A stretch of 64,000 nucleotides of DNA from Macrostomum hystrix (Eukaryota; Animalia; Platyhelminthes): assembly GCA_950097015.1 (NCBI GenBank), contig CATNEN010000001.1, forward strand, positions 22,072,001 through 22,136,000. The letters are read 5' to 3'. This document shows positions 1-13,900 of this stretch, in pieces. The notes beneath the pieces were generated by a model. That model searched no databases and was not told where the DNA came from. It saw only the letters and a list, made by a program, of their open reading frames with translations. Positions within the stretch are counted from its first letter, which is position 1; each line of letters begins with the position of its first letter. The position numbers were made by a program, and so were the translations under genes.

Positions 1-1544
1 TAACATTTTTTAAAGCAACTGCACAGTCTGTACTAATGTTTTCTCTCAGCCACGAACAGAATAATTTGCTAGTCCTGTCGTTCGTCAGAGATGCCCTGCC
101 TGCAGGCTTTGAGAATACAGCCGAAATTTACAGCTTTGAAATTTAAACGAATTGGCTCGTAATACGTACCATGCTCAAAAAAAACTTTGAAGAAAAGATT
201 CAAACCTGCAAAAAACTTTTTGCGAATTTCGTCTCCATGCATAGATATTTAGGAACTCGTTTTCCAAGTCGACATCCCTCACACTAGCTCAGCATATATA
301 GTAGTGGGAATCATGACGCTTAATTAGTTACCAAAAAGTTGTCCAAAGGCGCAAAATCAGGCACAGACATCACGCGTAAAACTGCAGGGCTGCCAAAATC
401 TGGCAATCACTGGCACAATCTTTTAAACATAGTCACACTGGCTGTTAGACACTAGCTGTAAAGACACTAGCAGAGTCTAAACTAAACTGCCAAATATGAT
501 AGACACTGTCACAATCTGTTAGATATGCACTACCACTAGCTGTTAGACGCTAGCTGTTAGCTCGTAGACACTGCCACAATCTGTTAGAAATTGTGTCAAT
601 GTGCCATTATACTTTTTACAAAACGGCTGCAAACGTGTCAACAAAAGTGCTAGCCAAAAAATGGAACAAGGAAGAATGTAAACCAGAATGTATGACAAAT
701 ATTAAAAGCATCATAAAAAGTTAATTCTGTATATTATATTTTAAAAATGATAAAATTTCGTGTATATATGCCTACTGTGTATAATCTGGGCTGAAAGTAT
801 ATTTGAAATCAAAATAATCTTACAAATGATTGCACATAATTTGCTGATTGTATAGTTGAGCACAACAAAGACAAAAATGTCACAATGGATGTTAAAATGT
901 ATAAATAAGACACACGTCAGTCATGGAAAATCAAATATAGTAGAATCAAGTAGATTTACTAAAATCAATTATGGGATTAAATATTCGTTGTCTTAAAATG
1001 GTTGGAAGAATTGTAGAAGAAAAGTCACACAACAGTACAGTCAGTATTGCACATCGACAGAAAAAATGAACTCAAGGTCATGCTTAAAGGAATGAAAAAA
1101 GTTCCGCTTCCGTCACTTAATCGAATTAAATTGCACGATTGCTGCTAGGCATAAATAAAAAACATGATAAGTAACAATATTACTAAGCAAGTATGGACTG
1201 ACGCAACCGCAGGAACACAGCTAAAAAAACAACCCTAGGACGGCGTTGAAATTGAAGATAACCGTTTTTTTCATCTCAAGGGTAATCAATGTAGACAAAA
1301 ACACAATACTTCAACAAACAGTTCTTCACTCGCTTAATTGAAAGCCGTGAAAAGGAAGCTAGCTTTAACTAGCGAAGCAGAGAAGCAGAGCGCTAATAGC
1401 GTGTTAGAGTTTTGAGCATCTGTTCTTGGACCCAGAGGTCGGGAGTTCGTATCTCAGCCAAAGAGAAGCAATTTTGTTGTGCCCTTAAGAGAAACACTTA
1501 GTACATAGTGCTTCAGTGTTCACGCAGCAATAAAATGCACAACA

Positions 1545-1745
1545 CTTTTGTGAATGTGTACATCCGCACATGGGCTGATAATAATAATAATATTTACCGG
1601 AGGACTTTCTCATCGTCACGCAGTGTACACATTTACTGTGCCTTGGAGGTTGGCCCTCAAGGGCGAAAATTGCACGACAAGCCCCCAAGCGGCTGCTTCT
1701 ATCAGCGGCTGCGCCCCAAATGAATGTGGCCTTGAGCGTCGAGTT
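1545..1745 (-). mobile_element. SINE family 1, partial copy in the presumed Nrx-IV 3' UTR
   Basis: Reverse complement matches the body of the copy at 50102-50467 (GGCCACATTCATTTGGGGCGCAGCCGCTGA...CCCTTGAGGGCCAACCTCCAAGGCACAG...GACGATGAGAAAGTC). The tRNA head is missing. Confidence 0.8.
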
Positions 1746-1913
1746 TCTAGATGCTTTATCAAAAAATAGGGCTAATAAGAAACGAAAAGTCGGAGCACAT
1801 AGAAAAAGCGACAGAGATAGTATAAACTGTATGAATTGTAATACATTACAGTAGCGCAATGAAAATGTCGATAAGCACAGGTGAACGTTCAGCAGGATGC
1901 AGCAGGACGGAAC

Positions 1914-4900
1914 TCACAGCCACCACTCCTTGCCGCGAACTTCAGGCAGGGCGCCTCCACCCCTTTGCAGAGCAGCGTCCGGGTCATCGCCCTCCAGGGA
2001 GCCGTCGCCAGCCTCCTTCGTTTCGTAATCGCCACGTTCGAATGTGTAGTTGCGGAAGAAGCATACTACTAGAAGTAGGAAGATCAGAGCAAGAAAGCTC
2101 AGTACAGACAGCACCACAATGGTCTGGTTGCGCTGGTGGATGTCTTCGGGCCGGACGAAGGTCAAATTCGGTGGGATGGTCGGGTAGGGACGAATTTCGA
2201 CCGGATCAGCGATCGGCAGCACCTACCGGTATAGAGAGGAATTCAGTTAGCTTGCAAGTAAGAAGATAGATATCATTAGGAATTCCCCCAGAATTTTTTT
2301 AGCAGCAACCGAATGCTAACAGCGTTGAGTGGTGACTGATTGGTTGACAGGTGAGGGTGTCCTGTGCTTGAGCTGCGCCTAATATTTAGGCTTCATCAGT
2401 GAAATCAGATAATTTTGCGTCAAGGTGTCCATTGTGGCCTATTTCCACCCTTGAAGGTCCAGTCTAGATAAAGTTATGTGACCACAGAAGACAGTGATGA
2501 TGCAGGCACATTCGGGTGACATGCTGACAAATTTTAAAGGCCTGGCAAGGCCGCACTGGGGCGCAGTGCTAATTTGTGTATAGGGGTGTATGATATACAC
2601 TAACGCTTATGAGAAAAATCCGACCTTCGGCCAGAACCATTGAATATCTCGACGGTCTGGAGAGCTGGCGACTTGATTATTGTTTCATAAGATGCGTAAC
2701 AACAAATTGGCCCGTTTTCTTGAGCTTCGTGTGCTTGGGTTGCTCCGTTCGGGTGCAGCACAAAAAAGTGTCAGGGGGGAATCCCATATGTAGTTCTACT
2801 GTTAAAAAGTTAGCTCATTTAGTACAAAGTCTGGCTGGTGGATCATATCTTTCCAGTGTCTCATGGTAAATGGTTCAAACCGATTACCTCCTCATTGCCA
2901 CAGTAGTCCTCCTTGACTCCAGATGTGGCCGCCGCCTTGGTGTTGTTCGGCTCTTGAAAGACAGCCTTCAACGGGAAGAAGTTGTTGAACTGTGCTCGGT
3001 AAATGCAGCCCTCGAAGCCAGCCGACATGGTGCTGTTGCGCCCGATGTAGATGCGGGCCGGATTGTCCAACCGAGTGTCTGACGTGTCGTGCAGGATGTT
3101 TGAGAAGTCGTGAAATTGTACTGGATAGTCGTCGACTTTGATGTTCACCTGCGTTGATATTGTTTGGTACCTAGATTCATTTAGGCTGTCAGATTAGTAG
3201 TTTTTGTCTAACACTAGATTCCCGAACTGTTTAGATACATCGAGATCCGGATTTTAGAGTAAACGTGTTCTTATATTAATCGGGAGGCCTATACACATTG
3301 ATGTTGGATTGACCACGTCGACACGTTGAGCTTGTGACAGATTTTTCTGGGTAAAATACAGGGTTTGTAGTTTAGTGGATCAAGTGTCGGACTCACGACT
3401 TGAAGGTAGTGAAGGCCGCGACACTAGAACACTTCACTCTGAATTTCTACAGTTCACACAGTTGTTAAATTGGCATTACGAGCTCGTAGCTGGGGCAATT
3501 AAGAGTGGGTGTGGCGTCCCCCCAGTTCATAGACTGAACAACTGTACGCAGCCTTCAAATGCGTCATCTATTTTTTTTATAATTATTGTACACAATTTGG
3601 AAATAATATACATTGTGACTGGGGAAAGTGTCACGGGGATCGATTTGCCAAATAGAAACGCACCTGTTTTCCAGCCTTGGTCCGATAGACAACCACTGTG
3701 TGATGCTGATCATTGGCCAGGTCGACATCCAGTCCACTCGTGGTCACTTCGTGCCATCGGAATCCAACGTTGATTTCCACTGTGATGCCACCGGCGTTGT
3801 TTAGGCGAACGATGATAGATTCTCTGGAGCAATAAGGTTGCTTTCTTTTTTATTTTGAATCCCATTCACTTTAATATGGTACTTGTGATTTACAATGGCT
3901 TGTAAGCTACGACCATCTATCGACAAGACAATTTACGACACGGGGTTGCTGCTTTAAAAGTAAAAAAACCAAAGCAGATTGTTAAAAAACTAGTGCAACT
4001 GGGGGTCAACAACCAATGCAATCAGTGGCCAACAAACAATGCAATCGGTGTTTAACAACCAATGCAATCGGTGGTCAACAGCCAATGCAATCGGTGTTTA
4101 ACAACCAATGCAATCGGTGGTCAACAGCCAATGCAGTCGGTGTTTAACAACCAATGCAATCGGTGTTTAACAACCAATGCAATCGGTGGTCAACAGCCAA
4201 TGCAATCGGTGTTTAACAACCAATGCAATCGGTGTTTAACAACCAATGCAGTCGGTGTTTAACAACCAATGCAATCGGTGTTTAACAACCAATGCAATCG
4301 GTGGTCAACAACCAATGCAGTCGGTGTTTAACAACCAATGCAATCGGTGTTTAACAACCTATGCAATCGGTGTTTAACAACCAATGCAGTCGGTGTTTAA
4401 CAACCAATGCAATCGGTGGTCAACAGCCAATGCAGTCGGTGTTTAACAACCAATGCAATCGGTGTTTAACAACCTATGCAATCGGTGGTCAACAACCAAT
4501 GCAATCGGTGTTTAACAACCTATGCAATCGGTGGTCAACAACCAATGCAATCGGTGTTTAACAACCGATGCAATCGTTGGCTAGAACCAAAGCAATCGTG
4601 GGCTAGAACCCTAGCAATCGGTTGTCAGAACCAAAGCAATCGGTTGTCAGAACCAAAGCAATCGTTGGTCAGAACCAAAGCAATCGTTGGTCAGAACCAA
4701 AGCAATCGTTGGTCAGAACCAAAGCAATCATTGGTCAGAACCAAAGCAATCGTTGGTCAGAACCAAAGCAATCGTTGGTCAGAACCAAAGCAATCGTTGG
4801 TCAGAACCAAAGCAATCGTTGGCTAGAACCAAAGCAATCGTTGGTCAGAACCAAAGCAATCGTTGGTCAGAACCAAAGCAATCGTTGGTCAGAACCAAAG

Positions 4901-7900
4901 CAATCGGCTGTCAGAACCAGAGCAATCGGCTGTCAGAACCAAAGCAATCGGTTGTCAGAACCAAAGCAATCGTTGGCTAGAACCAGAGCAATCGTTGGTC
5001 AGAACCAAAGCAATCGTTGGTCAGAACCAAAGCAATCGGTTGTCAGAACCAAAGCAATCGGTTGTCAGAACCAGAGCAATCGTTGTCTAGAACCAAAGCA
5101 ATCGTTGGCTAGAACCAAAGCAATCGTTGGCTAGAACCAAAGCAATCGTTGGTCAGAACCAAAGCAATCGTTGGCTAGAACCAAAGCAATCGTTGGCTAG
5201 AACCAAAGCAATCGTTGGCTAGAACCAAAGCAATCGTTGGCTAGAACCAAAGCAATCGTTGGCTAGAACCAATGCAATCGTTGGCTAGAACCAAAGCAAT
5301 CGTTGGCTAGAACCAAAGCAATCGTTGGCCAGAACCAAAGCAATCGTTGGCCAGAACCAAAGCAATCGTTGGCTAGAACCAAAGCAATCGTTGGCTAGAA
5401 CCAAAGCAATCGTTGGCTAGAACCAATGCAATCGTTGGCTAGAACCAAAGCAATCGTGGGCTAGAACCAAAGCAATCGTTGGCCAGAACCAAAGCAATCG
5501 GTGGATAAAAACTAATTTAAAGTAATCGGTGGACATCAACCAATGCAATCGGTGGTCAACAGCCAATGCAATCGTTGGCTAGAACCAGAGCAATCGTTGG
5601 CTAGAACCAAAGCAATCGTTGGCTAGAACCAAAACAATCGTTGGCCAGAACCAAAGCAATCGGTGGATAAAAACTAATTTAAAGTAATCGGTGGACATCA
5701 ACCAATGCAATCGGTGGTCAACAGCCAAAGCAATCGTTGGCTAGAACCAGAGCAATCGTTGGCTAGAACCAGAGCAATCGTTGGCTAGAACCAAAGCAAT
5801 CGTTGTCTAGAACCAGAGCAATCGTTGGCTAGAACCAAAGCAATCGTTGGCTAGAACCAAAACAATCGTTGGCCAGAACCAAAGCAATCGGTGGATAAAA
5901 ACTAATTTAAAGTAATCGGTGGACATCAACCAATGCAATCGGTGGTCAACAGCCAATGCAATCGTTGGCTAGAACCAGAGCAATCGTGGGCTAGAACCAA
6001 AGCAATCGTTGGCTAGAACCAAAACAATCGTTGGCTAGAACCAGAGCAATCGTTGGCTAGAACCAAAGCAATCGTTGGCTAGAACCAGAGCAATCGTTGG
6101 CTAGAACCAAAGCAATCGTTGGCTAGAACCAAAGCAATCGTTGGCTAGAACCAGAGCAATCGTGGGCTAGAACCAGAGCAATCGTTGGCTAGAACCAAAG
6201 CAATCGTTGGCTAGAACCAAAGCAATCGTTGGCTAGAACCAGAGCAATCGTGGGCTAGAACCAAAGCAATCGTTGGCTAGAACCAAAACAATCGTTGGCC
6301 AGAACCAAAGCAATCGGTGGATAAAAACTAATTTAAAGTAATCGGTGGACATCAACCAATGCAATCGGTGGTCAACAGCCAATGCAATCGTTGTCTAGAA
6401 CCAGAGCAATCGTTGGCTAGAACCAAAGCAATCGTTGGCTAGAACCAGAGCAATCGTTGGCTAGAACCAAAACAATCGTTGGCCAGAACCAAAGCAATCG
6501 GTGGATAAAAACTAATTTGAAGTAATCGGTGGACAACAGCCAATGCAATCGGTGGTCAACAGCCAATGCAATCGTTGGCTAGAACCAGAGCAATCGTGGG
6601 CTAGAACCAGAGCAATCGTGGGCTAGAACCAAAGCAATCGGTTGTCAGAACCAAAGCAATCGTGGGCTAGAACCAAAGCAATCGGTTGTCAGAACCAAAG
6701 CAATCGGTGGATAAAAACTAATTTAAAGTAATCGGTGGTCAACAGCCAATGCAATCGTTGTCTAGAACCAGAGCAATCGTTGGCTAGAACCAAAGCAATC
6801 GTTGGCTAGAACCAAAGCAATCGTTGGCTAGAACCAAAACAATCGTTGGCCAGAACCAAAGCAATCGGTGGCTAGAACCAAAGCAATCGTTGGCTAGAAC
6901 CAAAACAATCGTTGGCCAGAACCAAAGCAATCGGTGGATAAAAACTAATTTAAAGTAATCGGTGGACATCAACCAATGCAATCGGTGGTCAACAGCCAAT
7001 GCAATCGTTGGCTAGAACCAGAGCAATCGTTGGCTAGAACCAAAGCAATCGTTGGCTAGAACCAAAACAATCGTTGGCCAGAACCAAAGCAATCGGTGGA
7101 TAAAAACTAATTTAAAGTAATCGGTGGACATCAACCAATGCAATCGGTGGTCAACAGCCAAAGCAATCGTTGGCTAGAACCAGAGCAATCGTTGGCTAGA
7201 ACCAAAGCAATCGGTTGTCAGAACCAAAGCAATCGTTGGCTAGAACCAGAGCATCGTTGGCTAGAACCAAAGCAATCGTTGGCTAGAACCAGAGCAATCG
7301 TTGGCTAGAACCAAAGCAATCGTTGGCTAGAACCAAAGCAATCGGTTGTCAGAACCAGAGCAATCGTTGGCCAGAACCAAAGCAATCGGTGGATAAAAAC
7401 TAATTTAAAGTAATCGGTGGACATCAACCAATGCAATCGGTGGTCAACAGCCAAAGCAATCGTTGGCTAGAACCAGAGCAATCGTTGGCTAGAACCAAAG
7501 CAATCGTTGTCTAGAACCAGAGCAATCGTTGGCTAGAACCAAAGCAATCGTTGGCTAGAACCAGAGCAATCGTTGTCTAGAACCAAAGCAATCGTTGGCT
7601 AGAACCAGAGCAATCGTTGGCTAGAACCAAAGCAATCGTTGGCTAGAACCAAAGCAATCGTTGTCTAGAACCAGAGCAATCGTTGTCTAGAACCAGAGCA
7701 ATCGTTGGCTAGAACCAAAGCAATCGTTGTCTAGAACCAGAGCAATCGTTGGCTAGAACCAAAGCAATCGTTGGCTAGAACCAAAACAATCGTTGGCCAG
7801 AACCAAAGCAATCGGTGGATAAAAACTAATTTAAAGTAATCGGTGGGCATCAACCAATGCAATCGGTGGTCAACAGCCAATGCAATCGTTGGCTAGAACC

Positions 7901-10900
7901 AGAGCAATCGTGGGCTAGAACCAAAGCAATCGTTGGCTAGAACCAAAACAATCGTTGGCTAGAACCAGAGCAATCGTTGGCTAGAACCAAAGCAATCGTT
8001 GGCTAGAACCAGAGCAATCGTTGGCTAGAACCAAAGCAATCGTTGGCTAGAACCAAAGCAATCGTTGGCTAGAACCAGAGCAATCGTGGGCTAGAACCAG
8101 AGCAATCGTTGGCTAGAACCAAAGCAATCGTTGGCTAGAACCAAAGCAATCGTTGGCTAGAACCAGAGCAATCGTGGGCTAGAACCAAAGCAATCGTTGG
8201 CTAGAACCAAAACAATCGTTGGCCAGAACCAAAGCAATCGGTGGATAAAAACTAATTTAAAGTAATCGGTGGACATCAACCAATGCAATCGGTGGTCAAC
8301 AGCCAATGCAATCGTTGTCTAGAACCAGAGCAATCGTTGGCTAGAACCAAAGCAATCGTTGGCTAGAACCAGAGCAATCGTTGGCTAGAACCAAAACAAT
8401 CGTTGGCCAGAACCAAAGCAATCGGTGGATAAAAACTAATTTAAAGTAATCGGTGGACAACAGCCAATGCAATCGGTGGTCAACAGCCAATGCAATCGTT
8501 GGCTAGAACCAGAGCAATCGTGGGCTAGAACCAGAGCAATCGTGGGCTAGAACCAAAGCAATCGGTTGTCAGAACCAAAGCAATCGTGGGCTAGAACCAA
8601 AGCAATCGGTTGTCAGAACCAAAGCAATCGGTGGATAAAAACTAATTTAAAGTAATCGGTGGTCAACAGCCAATGCAATCGTTGTCTAGAACCAGAGCAA
8701 TCGTTGGCTAGAACCAAAGCAATCGTTGGCTAGAACCAAAGCAATCGTTGGCTAGAACCAAAACAATCGTTGGCCAGAACCAAAGCAATCGGTGGCTAGA
8801 ACCAAAGCAATCGTTGGCTAGAACCAAAACAATCGTTGGCCAGAACCAAAGCAATCGGTGGATAAAAACTAATTTAAAGTAATCGGTGGACATCAACCAA
8901 TGCAATCGGTGGTCAACAGCCAATGCAATCGTTGGCTAGAACCAGAGCAATCGTTGGCTAGAACCAGAGCAATCGTTGGCTAGAACCAAAACAATCGTTG
9001 GCCAGAACCAAAGCAATCGGTGGATAAAAACTAATTTAAAGTAATCGGTGGACATCAACCAATGCAATCGGTGGTCAACAGCCAAAGCAATCGTTGGCTA
9101 GAACCAGAGCAATCGTTGGCTAGAACCAGAGCAATCGTTGGCTAGAACCAGAGCAATCGTTGGCTAGAACCAAAGCAATCGTTGTCTAGAACCAGAGCAA
9201 TCGTTGGCTAGAACCAAAGCAATCGTTGGCTAGAACCAAAACAATCGTTGGCCAGAACCAAAGCAATCGGTGGATAAAAACTAATTTAAAGTAATCGGTG
9301 GACATCAACCAATGCAATCGGTGGTCAACAGCCAATGCAATCGTTGGCTAGAACCAGAGCAATCGTGGGCTAGAACCAAAGCAATCGTTGGCTAGAACCA
9401 AAACAATCGTTGGCTAGAACCAGAGCAATCGTTGGCTAGAACCAAAGCAATCGTTGGCTAGAACCAGAGCAATCGTTGGCTAGAACCAAAGCAATCGTTG
9501 GCTAGAACCAAAGCAATCGTTGGCTAGAACCAGAGCAATCGTGGGCTAGAACCAGAGCAATCGTTGGCTAGAACCAAAGCAATCGTTGGCTAGAACCAAA
9601 GCAATCGTTGGCTAGAACCAGAGCAATCGTGGGCTAGAACCAAAGCAATCGTTGGCTAGAACCAAAACAATCGTTGGCCAGAACCAAAGCAATCGGTGGA
9701 TAAAAACTAATTTAAAGTAATCGGTGGACATCAACCAATGCAATCGGTGGTCAACAGCCAATGCAATCGTTGTCTAGAACCAGAGCAATCGTTGGCTAGA
9801 ACCAAAGCAATCGTTGGCTAGAACCAGAGCAATCGTTGGCTAGAACCAAAACAATCGTTGGCCAGAACCAAAGCAATCGGTGGATAAAAACTAATTTAAA
9901 GTAATCGGTGGACAACAGCCAATGCAATCGGTGGTCAACAGCCAATGCAATCGTTGGCTAGAACCAGAGCAATCGTGGGCTAGAACCAGAGCAATCGTGG
10001 GCTAGAACCAAAGCAATCGGTTGTCAGAACCAAAGCAATCGTGGGCTAGAACCAAAGCAATCGGTTGTCAGAACCAAAGCAATCGGTGGATAAAAACTAA
10101 TTTAAAGTAATCGGTGGTCAACAGCCAATGCAATCGTTGTCTAGAACCAGAGCAATCGTTGGCTAGAACCAAAGCAATCGTTGGCTAGAACCAAAGCAAT
10201 CGTTGGCTAGAACCAAAACAATCGTTGGCCAGAACCAAAGCAATCGGTGGCTAGAACCAAAGCAATCGTTGGCTAGAACCAAAACAATCGTTGGCCAGAA
10301 CCAAAGCAATCGGTGGATAAAAACTAATTTAAAGTAATCGGTGGACATCAACCAATGCAATCGGTGGTCAACAGCCAATGCAATCGTTGGCTAGAACCAG
10401 AGCAATCGTTGGCTAGAACCAAAGCAATCGTTGGCTAGAACCAAAACAATCGTTGGCCAGAACCAAAGCAATCGGTGGATAAAAACTAATTTAAAGTAAT
10501 CGGTGGACATCAACCAATGCAATCGGTGGTCAACAGCCAAAGCAATCGTTGGCTAGAACCAGAGCAATCGTTGGCTAGAACCAAAGCAATCGGTTGTCAG
10601 AACCAAAGCAATCGTTGGCTAGAACCAGAGCATCGTTGGCTAGAACCAAAGCAATCGTTGGCTAGAACCAGAGCAATCGTTGGCTAGAACCAAAGCAATC
10701 GTTGGCTAGAACCAAAGCAATCGGTTGTCAGAACCAGAGCAATCGTTGGCCAGAACCAAAGCAATCGGTGGATAAAAACTAATTTAAAGTAATCGGTGGA
10801 CATCAACCAATGCAATCGGTGGTCAACAGCCAAAGCAATCGTTGGCTAGAACCAGAGCAATCGTTGGCTAGAACCAAAGCAATCGTTGGCTAGAACCAAA

Positions 10901-13900
10901 GCAATCGTTGGCTAGAACCAAAGCAATCGTTGGCTAGAACCAAAGCAATCGTTGGCTAGAACCAAAGCAATCGTTGGCTAGAACCAGAGCAATCGTTGGC
11001 TAGAACCAGAGCAATCGTTGGCTAGAACCAGAGCAATCGTTGGCCAGAACCAAAGCAATCGTTGGCTAGAACCAAAGCAATCGTTGGCCAGAACCAGAGC
11101 AATCGTTGGCTAGAACCAAAGCAATCGTTGGCTAGAACCAAAGCAATCGTTGGCCAGAACCAAAGCAATCGTTGGCCAGAACCAAAGCAATCGTTGGCTA
11201 GAACCAAAGCAATCGGTTGTCAGAACCAAAGCAATCGTTGGCTAGAACCAGAGCAATCGTTGGCTAGAACCAGAGCAATCGTTGGCCAGAACCAAAGCAA
11301 TCGTTGGCTAGAACCAGAGCAATCGTTGGCCAGAACCAAAGCAATCGTTGGCTAGAACCAAAGCAATCGGTTGTCAGAACCAAAGCAATCGTGGGCTAGA
11401 ACCAGAGCAATCGTGGGCTAGAACCAAAGCAATCGTTGGCTAGAACCAAAGCAATCGTTGGCTAGAACCAAAGCAATCGTTGGCTAGAACCAAAGCAATC
11501 GTTGGCTAGAACCAAAGCAATCGTTGGCTAGAACCAGAGCAATCGTTGGCTAGAACCAAAGCAATCGTTGTCTAGAACCAGAGCAATCGTTGGCTAGAAC
11601 CAGAGCAATCGTTGGCTAGAACCAAAGCAATCGTGGGCTAGAACCAGAGCAATCGTTGGCCAGAACCAAAGCAATCGTTGGCTAGAACCAAAGCAATCGG
11701 TTGTCAGAACCAGAGCAATCGTTGGCTAGAACCAAAGCAATCGTTGGCTAGAACCAAAGCAATCGTTGGCTAGAACCAAAGCAATCGTTGGCTAGAACCA
11801 AAGCAATCGTTGGCTAGAACCAGAGCAATCGTTGGCTAGAACCAGAGCAATCGTTGGCCAGAACCAAAGCAATCGTTGGCTAGAACCAAAGCAATCGTTG
11901 GCTAGAACCAAAGCAATCGTTGGCTAGAACCAAAGCAATCGTTGGCTAGAACCAAAGCAATCGTTGGCTAGAACCAAAGCAATCGGTTGTCAGAACCAGA
12001 GCAATCGTTGGCCAGAACCAAAGCAATCGGTGGATAAAAACTAATTTAAAGTAATCGGTGGACATCAACCAATGCAATCGGTGGTCAACAGCCAATGCAA
12101 TCGTTGGCTAGAACCAGAGCAATCGTTGGCTAGAACCAAAGCAATCGTTGGCTAGAACCAAAACAATCGTTGGCTAGAACCAGAGCAATCGTTGGCTAGA
12201 ACCAAAGCAATCGTTGGCTAGAACCAGAGCAATCGTTGGCTAGAACCAAAGCAATCGTTGGCTAGAACCAAAGCAATCGTTGGCTAGAACCAGAGCAATC
12301 GTGGGCTAGAACCAGAGCAATCGTTGGCTAGAACCAAAGCAATCGTTGGCTAGAACCAAAGCAATCGTTGGCTAGAACCAGAGCAATCGTGGGCTAGAAC
12401 CAAAGCAATCGTTGGCTAGAACCAAAACAATCGTTGGCCAGAACCAAAGCAATCGGTGGATAAAAACTAATTTAAAGTAATCGGTGGACATCAACCAATG
12501 CAATCGGTGGTCAACAGCCAATGCAATCGGTGGTCAACAGCCAATGCAATCGTTGTCTAGAACCAGAGCAATCGTTGGCTAGAACCAAAGCAATCGTTGG
12601 CTAGAACCAAAACAATCGTTGGCCAGAACCAAAGCAATCGGTGGATAAAAACTAATTTAAAGTAATCGGTGGACAACAGCCAATGCAATCGGTGGTCAAC
12701 AGCCAATGCAATCGTTGGCTAGAACCAGAGCAATCGTGGGCTAGAACCAAAGCAATCGGTTGTCAGAACCAAAGCAATCGTGGGCTAGAACCAAAGCAAT
12801 CGGTTGTCAGAACCAAAGCAATCGGTGGATAAAAACTAATTTAAAGTAATCGGTGGTCAACAGCCAATGCAATCGTTGTCTAGAACCAGAGCAATCGTTG
12901 GCTAGAACCAAAGCAATCGTTGGCTAGAACCAAAGCAATCGTTGGCTAGAACCAAAACAATCGTTGGCCAGAACCAAAGCAATCGGTGGCTAGAACCAAA
13001 GCAATCGTTGGCTAGAACCAAAACAATCGTTGGCCAGAACCAAAGCAATCGGTGGATAAAAACTAATTTAAAGTAATCGGTGGACATCAACCAATGCAAT
13101 CGGTGGTCAACAGCCAATGCAATCGTTGGCTAGAACCAGAGCAATCGTTGGCTAGAACCAAAGCAATCGGTGGATAAAAACTAATTTAAAGTAATCGGTG
13201 GACATCAACCAATGGAATTGGTGGTCAACAATCAATGCAACTGATGGTCAACAGTCTAGCTTATTGCTAGTCATCAAACCGAGAACATCCAATGAAGGGT
13301 GGTAGATCAACTGGGATAATTGCATTTTTCTCTAATCGACAGCAACAGACCAGTGATAAAAGCGTTTGAAGCATTCATGAAAAGTCAAACACACCTCGGG
13401 CCCTCTACCGGATTGTTCTCGGGTATGTCGGGGTCTCGAATCTGCATGAGTATGCCGAGCTTGGAGCGAGTCTTGAATCCCACTTGGATGTACTCGTCGA
13501 CTGTGTTGATTCCGCGAGCGGCGGAAGGTTGGGAATAGTCGATGCTGATCTGGTCCGAGCTGGACTTGAAGGTGGCTCCGACCTCCCTGCCGCAGATGTA
13601 GCCTCTGTAGGGTGTGAGACCACACTCGCAGTAGTAGTGTGAGTAGTACTCGATGCATTCACCACGATTGAGACAGGGATTCTCCAAGCAGCGCGGTCGA
13701 CAGCCTGGGACCACACCGTAGGTCACCATGCCGCGTTCCACCATGCCGCGGAGGTCCTGTTCGAAAAAATTTGCGACTCCGATCATCTCTTCTATTCTTG
13801 TATGAGAAGTGTCGCTAAAAAGATGTCGCTACGAGTAAATTAAATTTGTAGCGTTAATTGACCTGTGCTACGTGTCGCACACACCTGAACAACCCCGTTA

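Noticed and set aside
5500-13210. CRISPR-like look of a recurring cassette separated by variable stretches
   Set aside because: The intervening sequences are themselves 22-bp monomers rather than unique spacers. There are no cas genes, and it lies in a eukaryotic intron.
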